Shown here in pieces: positions 40,727-50,937 of a stretch of DNA of 64,000 bases; position 1 is the stretch's first letter; each line of letters starts with the position of its first letter. Both the position numbers and the translations under genes were made by a program. The notes beneath the pieces were generated by a model. That model searched no databases. It was not told the DNA's origin and saw only the letters and a list, made by a program, of their open reading frames with translations. This DNA comes from Paenibacillaceae bacterium (GTDB lineage Bacteria > Bacillota > Bacilli > Paenibacillales > CANHGK01), in contig CANHGK010000008.1 of assembly GCA_947460235.1 (NCBI GenBank), positions 13,453-77,452 of the forward strand. Direction: 5' to 3'.

Positions 40727-40783
40727 TGTCAAAATAAGCAACGAAGAATAAATTTGACTAATAGTCCAAAAAAGGTGATTAAT

Positions 40784-41083
40784 ATGTTGGATGTTGTAAC
40801 GGTAAGTCATACCGGCCAAAAGCGCAACCGTTCTATTTATCAAGTTCAGTTTTTGGTACATGGTGCACCTGCAGTTGCTACTGTAGAATTTTCCCCAGCA
40901 AATTTGGTGAAACGCAGAATTATTTCTGCAAAATATAACCCTCAGACAAAAGAACATATGGATCTGATCGTTAATTTAGAAAAGACGTTTATGCCAATCA
41001 TGAATGTTGCCTTGAAGAAGGAGCAAAAAGATTGGTTGTTGGATGCGACTGAGCGTTCCGAAGCGTATCAAAAATTTCATTAA
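40784..41083 (+). CDS. hypothetical protein
   Basis: 99 aa with an RBS AAAGGTGA. No recognisable motif. Confidence 0.35.
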   Translation: MLDVVTVSHTGQKRNRSIYQVQFLVHGAPAVATVEFSPANLVKRRIISAKYNPQTKEHMDLIVNLEKTFMPIMNVALKKEQKDWLLDATERSEAYQKFH

Positions 41084-41097
41084 TGTTTGTATTGCTA

Positions 41098-41140
41098 AAA
41101 AAAGGTCCTTCATGCGAATTTGCATGAGGGACCTTTTTTA
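41098..41140. terminator. bidirectional terminator
   Basis: AAAAAAGGTCCTTCATGC...GCATGAGGGACCTTTTTT. Confidence 0.55.
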
Positions 41141-41144
41141 ATAC

Positions 41145-42917
41145 TTACATTCCGCTAAACAATGGAAATAGTGTAGAAAGTTCAACCAAATGTTCTTGTA
41201 ACCATTTGGAGAATCCGTCTTGAAGTGCTGTAGAGACTTCTTGTTCATCTTCCGCGGTTGGTTTCGTCATCTCTTTGTCTTTCATTGGGTCGAATTTCGG
41301 TAAATTCAATTCGTCAACAGCTTTACTAGATGATTTAACATGCATGCCAATTTTTGCGGGATATTGTTCTAAGCCGGCCATTTGTGAACCTGAAACATCC
41401 CAAATTAAATTCCAATCGGAATCGATTTGGTTGTTGGTTGTTTTCACAATTGATCCAAATGTGCCGCGCAATGTAGTATCGACTGCTTTTTCGCCGTATG
41501 CAAAGGTAATGTCTGCGTCTGATTTATTGGAATCCGTTTGATTTTCTTCATTGGTATTAATATTGGCCGACCAAATAAATGGCCCTTGGTCCGGAATGTT
41601 TAGTTTTTGATTCATGGTTAAATGTGTCATTTGGTGATGTTCATCCATAATCATATAATGCGTTTTAAGGGATGTATCCGCATAAGTGATATTACCTTGC
41701 GTTAACAATAATTTGAATTCACTTGCCCTAGGATCTTCAGTATTATCAATCGCGCTGGAATAATCGATCTTAGACCATTCTTTTTCACCAATACTTTGAA
41801 GTTCGAATTGTAATGTTCTGCTTAATAGGTGATCATTCATGTCCACAAAAACAACCATTTCAGCTTTGCGGATTTTGGTTTGTTTGAGGCTTTTGTCTGC
41901 GTCTTCTGCATTTGCTTGCAGGGTCGTTTTCCATTGCGCCAAAGTCTGTATCGTGGTCAGAGGTGTACCTGTTGTATCGGCATACATTTGTAATGCTTTT
42001 TCGTAACGTGTATGAATGAGCGTTAATAACTCGTCGTCAGAAGCGACTTGTTTCATCAATCCAACAATAAATGCTTTTAGCTCACTTTCCGTAAATTCAA
42101 TGGTCAACTTACGGGCTTGTATGGATTTACCGTCAACTTCAAAACTGCTTCCTGATTCGATTTTGAATTGGTCTTTATTCAAATGATCATTGAACCAAGC
42201 GGAATAGCGTAACGCGATCGGTAAAAATTCACTAATAGACGGTTGGATTGCTGCTTTCCATTCATCGTACGTATATACTTTGCGAGGAATGTTTTGCAAT
42301 CCGGAATCTTTCATATTGTCCAAGTTTGCATACAACCACCGATCGTAAAATGGCATTAATTTTACACCGAGAAATTTACTTTTGCCATCACCGATCGATT
42401 TGCCATATGCAAAGTCTACATTTGCCCAAAGATCTTTATTATGATTGATCGAAAATGCTCCAGCGAGTTCTGATTTATCTTTGTTTGAACGGATTTCTTG
42501 ATTAAAAGTAAGTTCAGTAATGAATTGATAAACGGGGCGAATATTTTCGGGGACACGCTCTAATCCATCTAATGAAAGGTTCAAACTAGCCTTTTGTTGT
42601 TGATTTCCGTCAATTATTAGTTTGTTAATCTCTTCAAATGATTTTGAAAATGATGTGCTGATATCCGTTACATTCTGTGCTTCAGCTTCAACATAAATTT
42701 GGAAGGGCGATTTGAACATGTCGTACTTGGCATAAGTGATATAACCTGTACAAATTACGATAAGTACCGCAACGGTGATGCTGGACCATTTTTTCCAATT
42801 TCGAATCCATTTCGTTTTTTCGACGACAGGTTTAAACTCAGAATCCGTTGTTGATTCAGGTGTGACATCAGATGTAACTTCTTTATTATCGGTTGTTTCC
42901 AAGGTGAAATCCCCCAA
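41145..42917 (-). CDS. hypothetical membrane-anchored extracytoplasmic protein
   Basis: 590 aa with one N-terminal TM after an acidic ~50-aa cytoplasmic tail. No recognisable catalytic motifs. Confidence 0.45.
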   Translation of the reverse strand: MGDFTLETTDNKEVTSDVTPESTTDSEFKPVVEKTKWIRNWKKWSSITVAVLIVICTGYITYAKYDMFKSPFQIYVEAEAQNVTDISTSFSKSFEEINKLIIDGNQQQKASLNLSLDGLERVPENIRPVYQFITELTFNQEIRSNKDKSELAGAFSINHNKDLWANVDFAYGKSIGDGKSKFLGVKLMPFYDRWLYANLDNMKDSGLQNIPRKVYTYDEWKAAIQPSISEFLPIALRYSAWFNDHLNKDQFKIESGSSFEVDGKSIQARKLTIEFTESELKAFIVGLMKQVASDDELLTLIHTRYEKALQMYADTTGTPLTTIQTLAQWKTTLQANAEDADKSLKQTKIRKAEMVVFVDMNDHLLSRTLQFELQSIGEKEWSKIDYSSAIDNTEDPRASEFKLLLTQGNITYADTSLKTHYMIMDEHHQMTHLTMNQKLNIPDQGPFIWSANINTNEENQTDSNKSDADITFAYGEKAVDTTLRGTFGSIVKTTNNQIDSDWNLIWDVSGSQMAGLEQYPAKIGMHVKSSSKAVDELNLPKFDPMKDKEMTKPTAEDEQEVSTALQDGFSKWLQEHLVELSTLFPLFSGM

Positions 42918-43083
42918 TCAGCTGTATTGCTCCGTAAGCGCAATCGTTTTCAGGATAGCACGACAAAAGCGTATTCGTCAAAATAAAACACATCTCTACA
43001 AAAAAATGAAGCGTAAGTTGCTGAAAAAAAGAGGGTAGCGATAAAACGAGAGGAAACGAAACTAAAAACTTCGCAAAGATCGA

Positions 43084-43455
43084 TCAATCCACGATTAATT
43101 TTGATACCATTTCCATATGTCCTGAGCCACACGGAATGGAGCAACGAATATCATATGCACCCGTTGTTTCCAGCGTAACGACTTGTTTGCCACTTCCAAC
43201 GATGTTCAAATCAAGATCTGAAATTAAAAGTCCGTGATTGCCTTCTTTTGCAACAAAATCGATCAGCACTTTCGCACCTTTTTTCACATGATATTCCGTT
43301 TGATCAAACTTAAAATTTGTTGCGGTAATCGTCACTGAAGACGTGACATTTTTAAAATCCTGTTCTGGAATTGATTTTTTGGTTTCTGAGGAACAGCCCA
43401 TTAACATGGCAATCAATGTGCCAATGATCATGCATATCATCCAAAGATGTTTCAT
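43084..43455 (-). CDS. cupredoxin-like lipoprotein with CuA-type copper motif
   Basis: Lipobox LMGCS. C-x3-C-G-x-G-H-x-x-M (CSIPCGSGHMEM) resembles the CuA site of cytochrome oxidase subunit II. Confidence 0.5.
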   Translation of the reverse strand: MKHLWMICMIIGTLIAMLMGCSSETKKSIPEQDFKNVTSSVTITATNFKFDQTEYHVKKGAKVLIDFVAKEGNHGLLISDLDLNIVGSGKQVVTLETTGAYDIRCSIPCGSGHMEMVSKLIVD

Positions 43456-43577
43456 TGTGTTATTTACTCCTTCAAGATATCTGTGCTTTCCCTTATTGTA
43501 TGCGTTCGTAATATGCGTTCGTTTGACAAAGTTGTGAAAAAGGTTACAAATCTATGACTGAATTGAATTTTTAAATA

Positions 43578-43640
43578 AAAAAACAAACCGCTTTTCTCAG
43601 AGTTCGTCATTCACTCCGAAAAAAGTGGTTTGTCAGTCAT
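43578..43640 (-). terminator. terminator of membrane-protein gene
   Basis: ACAAACCACTTTT...AAAAGCGGTTTGT stem followed by T7 on the minus strand. Confidence 0.4.
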
Positions 43641-43691
43641 TGATAAGGCAATGACTTGGAGAATTCAATGTTGTGGACATCGAATTCTCAC

Positions 43692-44120
43692 TTACTGTGT
43701 TACAGGTCCACGGTTTGTATCGAATGGGGTGCTCAAGGGAATAAATAAATCAACGATCCCAATCACGAGCGCGGCCATCAATGCACCCAACAACGTCGAA
43801 CTGACTCCGACTACGAGGAATTGTGCCAAGTAAATGACGACTGCACTTGTCAAAAATCCGACGATTCCACGACCAAACGGTGTCACGCGCGTTCCCATCA
43901 GCCCTTCAATAACCCAACCCATAATTGCGATCACTAGAGCCAGGAAAAAAGCGCTCCAGAAACCACCAACAGTGAATTGAGGAACGAGGTAACCGACGAT
44001 GAGCAGAACGATAGCGGAGACCACAAAACGGACGATTGTTCCAATCCATTGCACGGCTGAGACCTCCTCTCGTTTTAATGGTGCCTGCATATGATGCCCG
44101 AAAACGCGAAAAACATACAA
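43692..44120 (-). CDS. membrane protein (phage-holin-4/DUF360-like)
   Basis: 4 TM, about 130 aa. Start uncertain (M1 or M11). Confidence 0.4.
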   Translation of the reverse strand: MYVFRVFGHHMQAPLKREEVSAVQWIGTIVRFVVSAIVLLIVGYLVPQFTVGGFWSAFFLALVIAIMGWVIEGLMGTRVTPFGRGIVGFLTSAVVIYLAQFLVVGVSSTLLGALMAALVIGIVDLFIPLSTPFDTNRGPVTQ

Positions 44121-44182
44121 AACAATGTTATAATTGAACTCAGCAAACTGTAATTGATGAACGGGAAGAGGGATGAATCAGA

Positions 44183-46624
44183 TTGTTTGCCAAAGCAAAA
44201 CACATTTTGGAATATCCGAAGCTCATCGAACGATTGACCAGCTATGCGGCGACGTTCATGGGCAAAGAAAAATGTTCCGCGTTAGAACCGTCTTCTGATG
44301 AACAAACAGTGATCTCGTTATTGCAACAGACGGATGAGGCCGTGGAAATTTGTCGTTTGTTTGGTTCAGCGCCATTCGGCGGGATACGCGATGTTCGACA
44401 ATCACTCGCACTTGCCCGAGTCGGATCGATGCTTACACCAAATTCACTATTGGAAATTGCACAAACCATTCAAGGTGCGCGTAGACTGCGTTCCTTTATT
44501 TTAGATGCCAATCCAAAGATCAGCATTGTTTTGCTTGCGGATGTTGCTGGCAAAATTACGGATTTAAATGTGCTTGAAACGGAAATTTTGCGTTGTCTTG
44601 ATGAAGATGCTGGTGTTCGGGATCAAGCGAGTGCGGCACTTGCGTCAATTCGCTCGTCAATTCGCACCAGTGAATCGCGGGTGCGTGATCGGTTGGATCA
44701 AATGATTCGCAATACTACGACACAAAAGATGCTTCAAGATCCACTGATTACGATCCGAAACGACCGATTTGTTTTGCCGGTGAAACAAGAGTACCGTTCA
44801 AATTTTGGCGGAATCGTTCACGATCAATCGTCATCTGGCGCGACGTTGTACATGGAACCAGAATCGGTTGTGCCGTTAAACAATAAACTGCGTGAACTTG
44901 TATTGGATGAAAGGCGTGAAGTGGAGCGGATATTAGTCTCGTTGACACAATCCGTTGCCCTCGAAGACGAAGCATTACAACACAATTTGCAATCAACAAC
45001 GTGGCTGGATGTATGGTTTGCCAAAGCAAATCTGGCCAATTCGATGAAAGCAACGAAACCGGTAATCAATTCGCACGGGGAGGTTCGCCTGCGTAAGGCG
45101 AGACATCCATTGATTCCGCATGATCGAGTCGTGCCAATTGATGTGCAGCTGAATCGAAACATTTCGACGTTAATTATTACTGGGCCAAATACAGGTGGTA
45201 AAACCGTTACGCTCAAATGCGTTGGACTACTAACCCTAATGGCAATGAGCGGTATGTTCATTCCTGCAGAAGAAGATAGCCGCTGTGCGATTTTTGAAGG
45301 GGTATATGTGGATATTGGAGATGAACAAAGCATTGAACAAAGCTTAAGTACATTTTCGAGTCACATGACGCAAATCGTTTCGATGTTGCCGAAGTTGTCT
45401 GAGCGGACGCTCGTGCTCCTCGATGAGGTAGGTGCTGGAACAGACCCGGCGGAAGGTTCAGCGCTTGCAAGAGCGATTTTGGATGAAATTCATCGGCGCG
45501 GCGGACGTACGCTGGCGACGACGCATTATAAAGAATTAAAGGCGTATGCATTCGATCGTGCGGGAATGCAAAATGCGAGCATGGAGTTTGATGTACAGAC
45601 GCTCAGGCCGACGTATCGCTTAATTGTTGGTGTACCTGGACGTTCGAATGCATTTGCGATTGCCGAGCGGCTTGGTTTGCCCTCTCCCATTCTTGAGGAT
45701 GCAGCAACCTTGGTCGAAGTTGAAGATCAAAAGTTGGAGCAATTGTTGGCAAATTTGGAGTCAGAGCGAATTTCGCTTGAAAATGAACGTAAAGAAGTTT
45801 TGGCGTTGCGACGTTCCATTGAACAACAGCAAAGTTCCATTGATAAAGAACAAGTGAAAATCGAACGCGAACGTGAACGAAGTAAAAAACAAATTCGACT
45901 TGAAGCAGAGGAAGTTGTACGCAAGGCGCGCGCGGAAGCGGAATCAATTATCGCTGATTTGAAAGCAAAACAAGCGGAATTCGAATCGGGACAGACGATG
46001 GCTTTGAAACCACACGAGTGGAATTCAATTCGTCGCCGACTTGATCATGCTGTACCGGCACAAGAAAGTGGTTGGGAGTCACAACCATCCAAAACGCCCT
46101 CGATCGGTGGCCATCATGTTTCCATTGAGTCACTTGGAGTGGGAGATTGGGTTGTGTATCAGCGTCTCGGGCAAAAAGCACAATTGCTTGAACGTTCAGG
46201 GACGGACCAATGGTGGATCCAATGTGGGTCAATGCGGCTCAAAGCGAAAAACAGCGAGATGATCCCAGCATTGTCTGCACCGGATGGAAGTGTGGGTAAA
46301 GCTTCCGCAAAAGGTCAAGTTGAACTTAACATCCAAGCAAAAGATCGCATCAGTATTTCGATGTCGCGAAGTCGAGATGGTGTCAAAAACGAACTGGATT
46401 TGCGAGGAACACGCGTCGAAGATGCGATCGAAATGATCGACCGATATTTAGATGAAGCAATCTTAAGTGGATATGGAATTGTTCATTTGATTCACGGCAA
46501 AGGTACTGGTGCACTTCGCCAAGCGATACAGCCGTTTTTACAGCGGCATCCGCATGTTGCCTCTTTTCGCATGGCGAATTATAATGAAGGCGGTTCGGGT
46601 GTAACCGTAGTCGATTTGAAATAA
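44183..46624 (+). CDS. mutS2: endonuclease MutS2 (MutS domain plus C-terminal Smr)
   Basis: Walker A GPNTGGKT, a MutS ATPase domain, and a C-terminal Smr domain (LDLRGTRVEDA...HGKGTGALR). Confidence 0.85.
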   Translation: MFAKAKHILEYPKLIERLTSYAATFMGKEKCSALEPSSDEQTVISLLQQTDEAVEICRLFGSAPFGGIRDVRQSLALARVGSMLTPNSLLEIAQTIQGARRLRSFILDANPKISIVLLADVAGKITDLNVLETEILRCLDEDAGVRDQASAALASIRSSIRTSESRVRDRLDQMIRNTTTQKMLQDPLITIRNDRFVLPVKQEYRSNFGGIVHDQSSSGATLYMEPESVVPLNNKLRELVLDERREVERILVSLTQSVALEDEALQHNLQSTTWLDVWFAKANLANSMKATKPVINSHGEVRLRKARHPLIPHDRVVPIDVQLNRNISTLIITGPNTGGKTVTLKCVGLLTLMAMSGMFIPAEEDSRCAIFEGVYVDIGDEQSIEQSLSTFSSHMTQIVSMLPKLSERTLVLLDEVGAGTDPAEGSALARAILDEIHRRGGRTLATTHYKELKAYAFDRAGMQNASMEFDVQTLRPTYRLIVGVPGRSNAFAIAERLGLPSPILEDAATLVEVEDQKLEQLLANLESERISLENERKEVLALRRSIEQQQSSIDKEQVKIERERERSKKQIRLEAEEVVRKARAEAESIIADLKAKQAEFESGQTMALKPHEWNSIRRRLDHAVPAQESGWESQPSKTPSIGGHHVSIESLGVGDWVVYQRLGQKAQLLERSGTDQWWIQCGSMRLKAKNSEMIPALSAPDGSVGKASAKGQVELNIQAKDRISISMSRSRDGVKNELDLRGTRVEDAIEMIDRYLDEAILSGYGIVHLIHGKGTGALRQAIQPFLQRHPHVASFRMANYNEGGSGVTVVDLK

Positions 46625-46656
46625 TGGATTTGAACATCGCTTTGGAGGAATCCGGC

Positions 46657-46740
46657 ATGAAATATTTATGGGGAACATTGTTTATTCTCTCGCTGCTATT
46701 TTTATTTATTGGCGTGAATTATTGGCTTAATAACGGATGA
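46657..46740 (+). CDS. possible 27-aa hydrophobic micropeptide
   Basis: GGAGGAA RBS 6 nt before the ATG. MKYLWGTLFILSLLFLFIGVNYWLNNG forms a single TM helix. Confidence 0.3.
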   Translation: MKYLWGTLFILSLLFLFIGVNYWLNNG

Positions 46741-46762
46741 AAGATGAGAAGGAGCGAGTACG

Positions 46763-47248
46763 GTGAAGGTTTGTCCATGGTGTGAAATGGAGATTTATGG
46801 AGAATCGGAATTGGGCGAAGATAGCAAGCGCTGTCCGCATTGTGAAAATGATCTCGGTGATTACCGAATTGTTAATTTGGATTTAGGAATGGACGAAGAG
46901 GAAGACGAAGATGTTTTGACTGAAGCAAACCCCCAAACGGAAACGGAAGAGGCAGTTGAGGTCTATTTTGGGCCATTTGAACAAGTGGTCCGCAATATTC
47001 AAGATGCACATGACGAGACGTGGGAATGCTCGAATTGCGAAGAAATGATGATTCAAGTGAGCGAGCATACGGTCGAATCATCCAATTGGAATCCGATTAC
47101 ATTAAGCGGGTGGAATCAACCATTGCTCTCGGCTCCATTTCAGGTTACATCATGGATTTGTCCAGGTTGCTTCCGTATGGAACAAGCATTATCCGAAAAA
47201 GATCGTAAACAATTAATGTTGGAATGGTCCAACCAAGCCTCAAAATAA
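46763..47248 (+). CDS. zinc-ribbon protein (two CxxC...CxxC pairs), acidic
   Basis: CPWC...CPHC and CSNC...CPGC pairs. AAGGAG RBS before the GTG. Confidence 0.45.
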   Translation: MKVCPWCEMEIYGESELGEDSKRCPHCENDLGDYRIVNLDLGMDEEEDEDVLTEANPQTETEEAVEVYFGPFEQVVRNIQDAHDETWECSNCEEMMIQVSEHTVESSNWNPITLSGWNQPLLSAPFQVTSWICPGCFRMEQALSEKDRKQLMLEWSNQASK

Positions 47249-47250
47249 AA

Positions 47251-47312
47251 AAAGACGTCCAAATGATTCGGAGTCCTTGAATGATTCCGCTTCATTCGGA
47301 CGTTTTGTATGT
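47251..47312 (+). terminator. rho-independent terminator
   Basis: GACGTCCAAATGA...TCATTCGGACGT stem followed by TTTTGT. Confidence 0.5.
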
Positions 47313-47488
47313 CCACGATGGACAAGGAGTGGGTAAAATCAGTAAGGGGTCTTGGAATTGGAACATAGTTGCAGGTTAGAATTTAGTATGCGCTTTCACG
47401 GAAGGCTAAAGCCCTTGGACCGATTGTAATGGGAATCGGAATATGGGCATTGAGGTGGAATGACGTTCGGAGCAAAAAAGTGGTTTAA

Positions 47489-47902
47489 TTATTGACGCAT
47501 CGACTCTTCAAAAATGACTTGATGAATCATTTCAAAATAAAATTCATAAATCGCCATTTGGTCGACGTGATAGTAACGAACTCCATACATATTGCCTTGA
47601 CTGCGTAGTACTTCAACAAGAATGGCTTTGCGTTTATAAACAATTTTCATTGGTACTTTAGCGGGATACGTTTCATTGCTTCGGATCAGCAATCCTCCCA
47701 GCGAAAAGTTGATAACGCTTGCAACAGAGGTGATGATTTTGTCATTTTCTTTGTGATAAATCGTAATTTCAATTGGTTTTTCTGGAACGTCTACACGAAG
47801 GTCCCGGCGGTTTTCTTCGAAATCTTTTTTCTCACGCGCCATCCTTTCATCCAACGTTTCCGGTTGTGCGGGTTGTTCTTGAGGGGGATTTTGGTCAGTC
47901 AA
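47489..47902 (-). CDS. PilZ-domain protein, paralog C
   Basis: RxxxR motif (NRRDLR) and xSxGG motif (NFSLGG). C-terminus similar to paralog B. The TTG at 47902 follows GAGGTGA; a GTG at 47911 is also possible. Confidence 0.55.
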   Translation of the reverse strand: MTDQNPPQEQPAQPETLDERMAREKKDFEENRRDLRVDVPEKPIEITIYHKENDKIITSVASVINFSLGGLLIRSNETYPAKVPMKIVYKRKAILVEVLRSQGNMYGVRYYHVDQMAIYEFYFEMIHQVIFEESMRQ

Positions 47903-48065
47903 TCTGATCACCTCACTATGTTGAATCTATAGTCACTTTTTTCGACATTTACCATAAGAATCCCTTTTATTTGATTAACTTTTTTAACATTACCAGTTTG
48001 AAAACGGATATGCATAATTATATAATTAATCGATTATATAATAACGAACAAGGAAGTGTTCTGAA

Positions 48066-48506
48066 ATGAATGTAGCAAAAAGTTATCAGTCCCTGCATGA
48101 AAATTGCATTTTTTTTGGTGGGGCATCAGATGTTGAAACAATGATTAAGGAAGAAGGGATCCAAGTTATTGTTGACTTGCGCGGCGAAGCGACTGCGTGT
48201 GCGGATCCAGAAGCGGACGTCGAGTGGATACAAATCCCATTAGGTGACAACACACTTGAAAGTCAGGATGTATTATTCAAACAGGCAATTGATCAAGTTG
48301 TGAGTGCATATCACGATGGGAAAAAAGTTGCACTCCATTGCGGCGGTGGAAAAGGTCGTACGGGTACCGTTGCAGCGGGTGTACTGATTTCGTTGGGGAT
48401 TTGTGACACGATAGACGACGCAGAACAAGTGGCAAAACAAATCCGATCGGTCATTCAAATTAAACCAGAGCAAAAAGAAGCGTTACAAAAGATCTATGCA
48501 AAATAA
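48066..48506 (+). CDS. dual-specificity/tyrosine protein phosphatase
   Basis: P-loop HCGGGKGRTG (CX5R). Confidence 0.65.
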   Translation: MNVAKSYQSLHENCIFFGGASDVETMIKEEGIQVIVDLRGEATACADPEADVEWIQIPLGDNTLESQDVLFKQAIDQVVSAYHDGKKVALHCGGGKGRTGTVAAGVLISLGICDTIDDAEQVAKQIRSVIQIKPEQKEALQKIYAK

Positions 48507-48557
48507 GACAAAGCCTATGACTCAAAAAAAGAGTCATAGGCTTTATTTGTTATAAGA

Positions 48558-50255
48558 TTATTCCCAGTCAGTTACTGCACCTTTTGCAGCGGAAGAAACT
48601 AATTTAGCGAATTTATATAGAACGCCTTTTTTGTGTTTCAACTCAGGAGCAACGAATGCCGCGCGGCGTGCAGCCATTTCTTCGTCGGAAATGTGCAAGG
48701 TCAATTTTTGGTTGATGCTGTCGATCGTTACTTGATCACCGGTTTGTACGAGAGCGATTGGACCGCCAACTTGTGCTTCCGGAGCAACGTGACCGACGAC
48801 GAAACCGTGCGTTCCACCAGAGAAACGACCATCAGTAATTAATCCGACAGTTTCACCGAGACCTTTACCGACAAGGATTGCAGTGATCGATAGCATCTCT
48901 GGCATACCCGGACCGCCTTTAGGACCTTCGTAACGGATAATGACAACATCTCCCGCTTTAATTTCATCCTTCAAAACGGCTTCTGTTGCTTCTTCTTCGG
49001 AATCATATGGACGTGCAGGACCAGTAATTGTACTTACTTTTAATCCGCACATTTTTGCTAATGCGCCTTCAGGCGCTAAGTTGCCAGAAAGCACAACGAG
49101 TGGTCCCGTTGGACGAATTGGATTGTCAAAGGAACGAATGATGACTTGTCCTGGTGTGAGTGGTGTTGCTTCTGCCAAGTTTTCAGCGACGGTTTTACCT
49201 GTAACCGTTAAGCAATCTCCGTGCAACAATCCTTCAGCAAGCAAAACTTTCATAACGGCAGTGACTCCGCCAACTTTGTGCAAATCTTCCCAAACATATT
49301 TGCCGCTTGGACGTAGGTCAGCGATATGAGGTGTTTTGAGGCGAATTCGCTCAAAGTCTGCATAATCAAGTGGTAGGTCAATGGAGTGTGCGATTGCAAT
49401 TAAATGTAAGAATGCGTTTGTTGAACCACCAAGTGCCATAACAACAGTAATCGCGTTCTCAAACGCTTCTTTTGTCATGATGTCACGTGGACGGATGTCT
49501 TTGCGAAGCAAATCGACAACGGTTTGACCTGCTAAATGACAGTCATCGTTTTTGTTAGGATCAGTTGCAGGATTGGAAGAACTGCCCGGCAAGCTCATGC
49601 CCATCGCTTCAATTGCTGCAGCCATTGTATTTGCCGTGTACATACCGCCGCATGAACCTGCGCCAGGACATGCGTTACATTCAATATTATAAAGATCGTC
49701 TTTGGAAATTTTTCCGGCATTGTATTGACCAACACCTTCAAATCCGGAAACGATGTCTAATTTCTTATCTCCATGATGGCCTGCGCGAATCGTACCGCCA
49801 TATACGAATACAGCAGGTAAGTTCATCCGGCCCATCGCGATCATACAACCAGGCATATTTTTATCGCAACCGCCGATTGCAACAACCCCGTCAAGCATCT
49901 CTGCGCCGACAACGGTTTCGATCGAATCTGCAATGACTTCGCGGCTCACGAGGGAGTAGTTCATGCCTTCTGTTCCCATCGAAATTCCATCGGATACCGT
50001 AATCGTGTTAAAAATCAATGGCGCGCCGCCGCCTGCTGAAACGCCAGCTTTCGCACGAATCGCCAATTGATCGATGTGCATATTGCAAGGCGTTACTTCG
50101 CTCCATGTACTTGCAATGCCAATCATCGGTTTCTTAAAATCCTCATCTTTAAATCCAACGGCACGAAGCATCGCACGGTTCGGCGTACGGTTCTCGCCTT
50201 CGCTAATCGCAATACTGCGGATTCTCAAATCGCGTTCTTTATTGTTCTCGCTCAT
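48558..50255 (-). CDS. ilvD: dihydroxy-acid dehydratase
   Basis: Full-length ILVD/EDD family with Fe-S ligand cysteines (CNMHIDQ, CDKNMPG) and the SDG loop. AAAGGA RBS before ATG 50255. Confidence 0.9.
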   Translation of the reverse strand: MSENNKERDLRIRSIAISEGENRTPNRAMLRAVGFKDEDFKKPMIGIASTWSEVTPCNMHIDQLAIRAKAGVSAGGGAPLIFNTITVSDGISMGTEGMNYSLVSREVIADSIETVVGAEMLDGVVAIGGCDKNMPGCMIAMGRMNLPAVFVYGGTIRAGHHGDKKLDIVSGFEGVGQYNAGKISKDDLYNIECNACPGAGSCGGMYTANTMAAAIEAMGMSLPGSSSNPATDPNKNDDCHLAGQTVVDLLRKDIRPRDIMTKEAFENAITVVMALGGSTNAFLHLIAIAHSIDLPLDYADFERIRLKTPHIADLRPSGKYVWEDLHKVGGVTAVMKVLLAEGLLHGDCLTVTGKTVAENLAEATPLTPGQVIIRSFDNPIRPTGPLVVLSGNLAPEGALAKMCGLKVSTITGPARPYDSEEEATEAVLKDEIKAGDVVIIRYEGPKGGPGMPEMLSITAILVGKGLGETVGLITDGRFSGGTHGFVVGHVAPEAQVGGPIALVQTGDQVTIDSINQKLTLHISDEEMAARRAAFVAPELKHKKGVLYKFAKLVSSAAKGAVTDWE

Positions 50256-50445
50256 GTTCACATATCCTTTCATTAATAACGAGGTGTCAGACTGCTACTG
50301 ATTATAACAAAATGAACTTGAATTGGAAAACAAAATGAACATTATTTTGTATGAATTCGGTTGCAAAAAAGGAAAACAAACCATATGATGAAAATGTTAT
50401 TTTGCCCATGAGATGGGTGGTTTGCTGATGCCGGGAGGGCTTGTC

Positions 50446-50937
50446 ATGGATCAATTGAAACGAAAACTGCTTGAATTGCTAAACACGGATGCGAGAATGA
50501 CGGCCGCGACGCTTGCTACAATGCTCGACGCAGAAGAAGAGCAAGTGAAACAAGCACTTCGCGAGATGGAAGAAGAACACGTCATTATTAAATATGCCCC
50601 TGTTGTGAACTGGGGAAAAGTTGATGAAGATAAAGTAACCGCATTAATTGAAGTACAGATACATCCAGAAAAAGGACGCGGTTTCGATGGAATCGCAGAA
50701 AAGATTTACCGCTATCCAGAAGTGAAGTCCGTTTACTTAATGTCAGGAGCCTATGATTTGTGTGTTGAAATTGAAGGCCGCACATTAAAGGAAGTTGCTT
50801 CGTTCGTATCGCAACGATTATCGACGGTTGAAGCAGTATTGTCGACGAAAACATATTTCATTCTGAAGAAGTACAAACAGGATGGAGTTATTTTCGAAGA
50901 TACTGAAGGAGATCAGAGGATGCTGGTGTCGCCATGA
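50446..50937 (+). CDS. Lrp/AsnC-family transcriptional regulator
   Basis: HTH followed by a RAM domain. GGGAGGG RBS. Translationally coupled to the downstream aminotransferase, as in the Bacillus yugG-yugH arrangement. Confidence 0.75.
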   Translation: MDQLKRKLLELLNTDARMTAATLATMLDAEEEQVKQALREMEEEHVIIKYAPVVNWGKVDEDKVTALIEVQIHPEKGRGFDGIAEKIYRYPEVKSVYLMSGAYDLCVEIEGRTLKEVASFVSQRLSTVEAVLSTKTYFILKKYKQDGVIFEDTEGDQRMLVSP

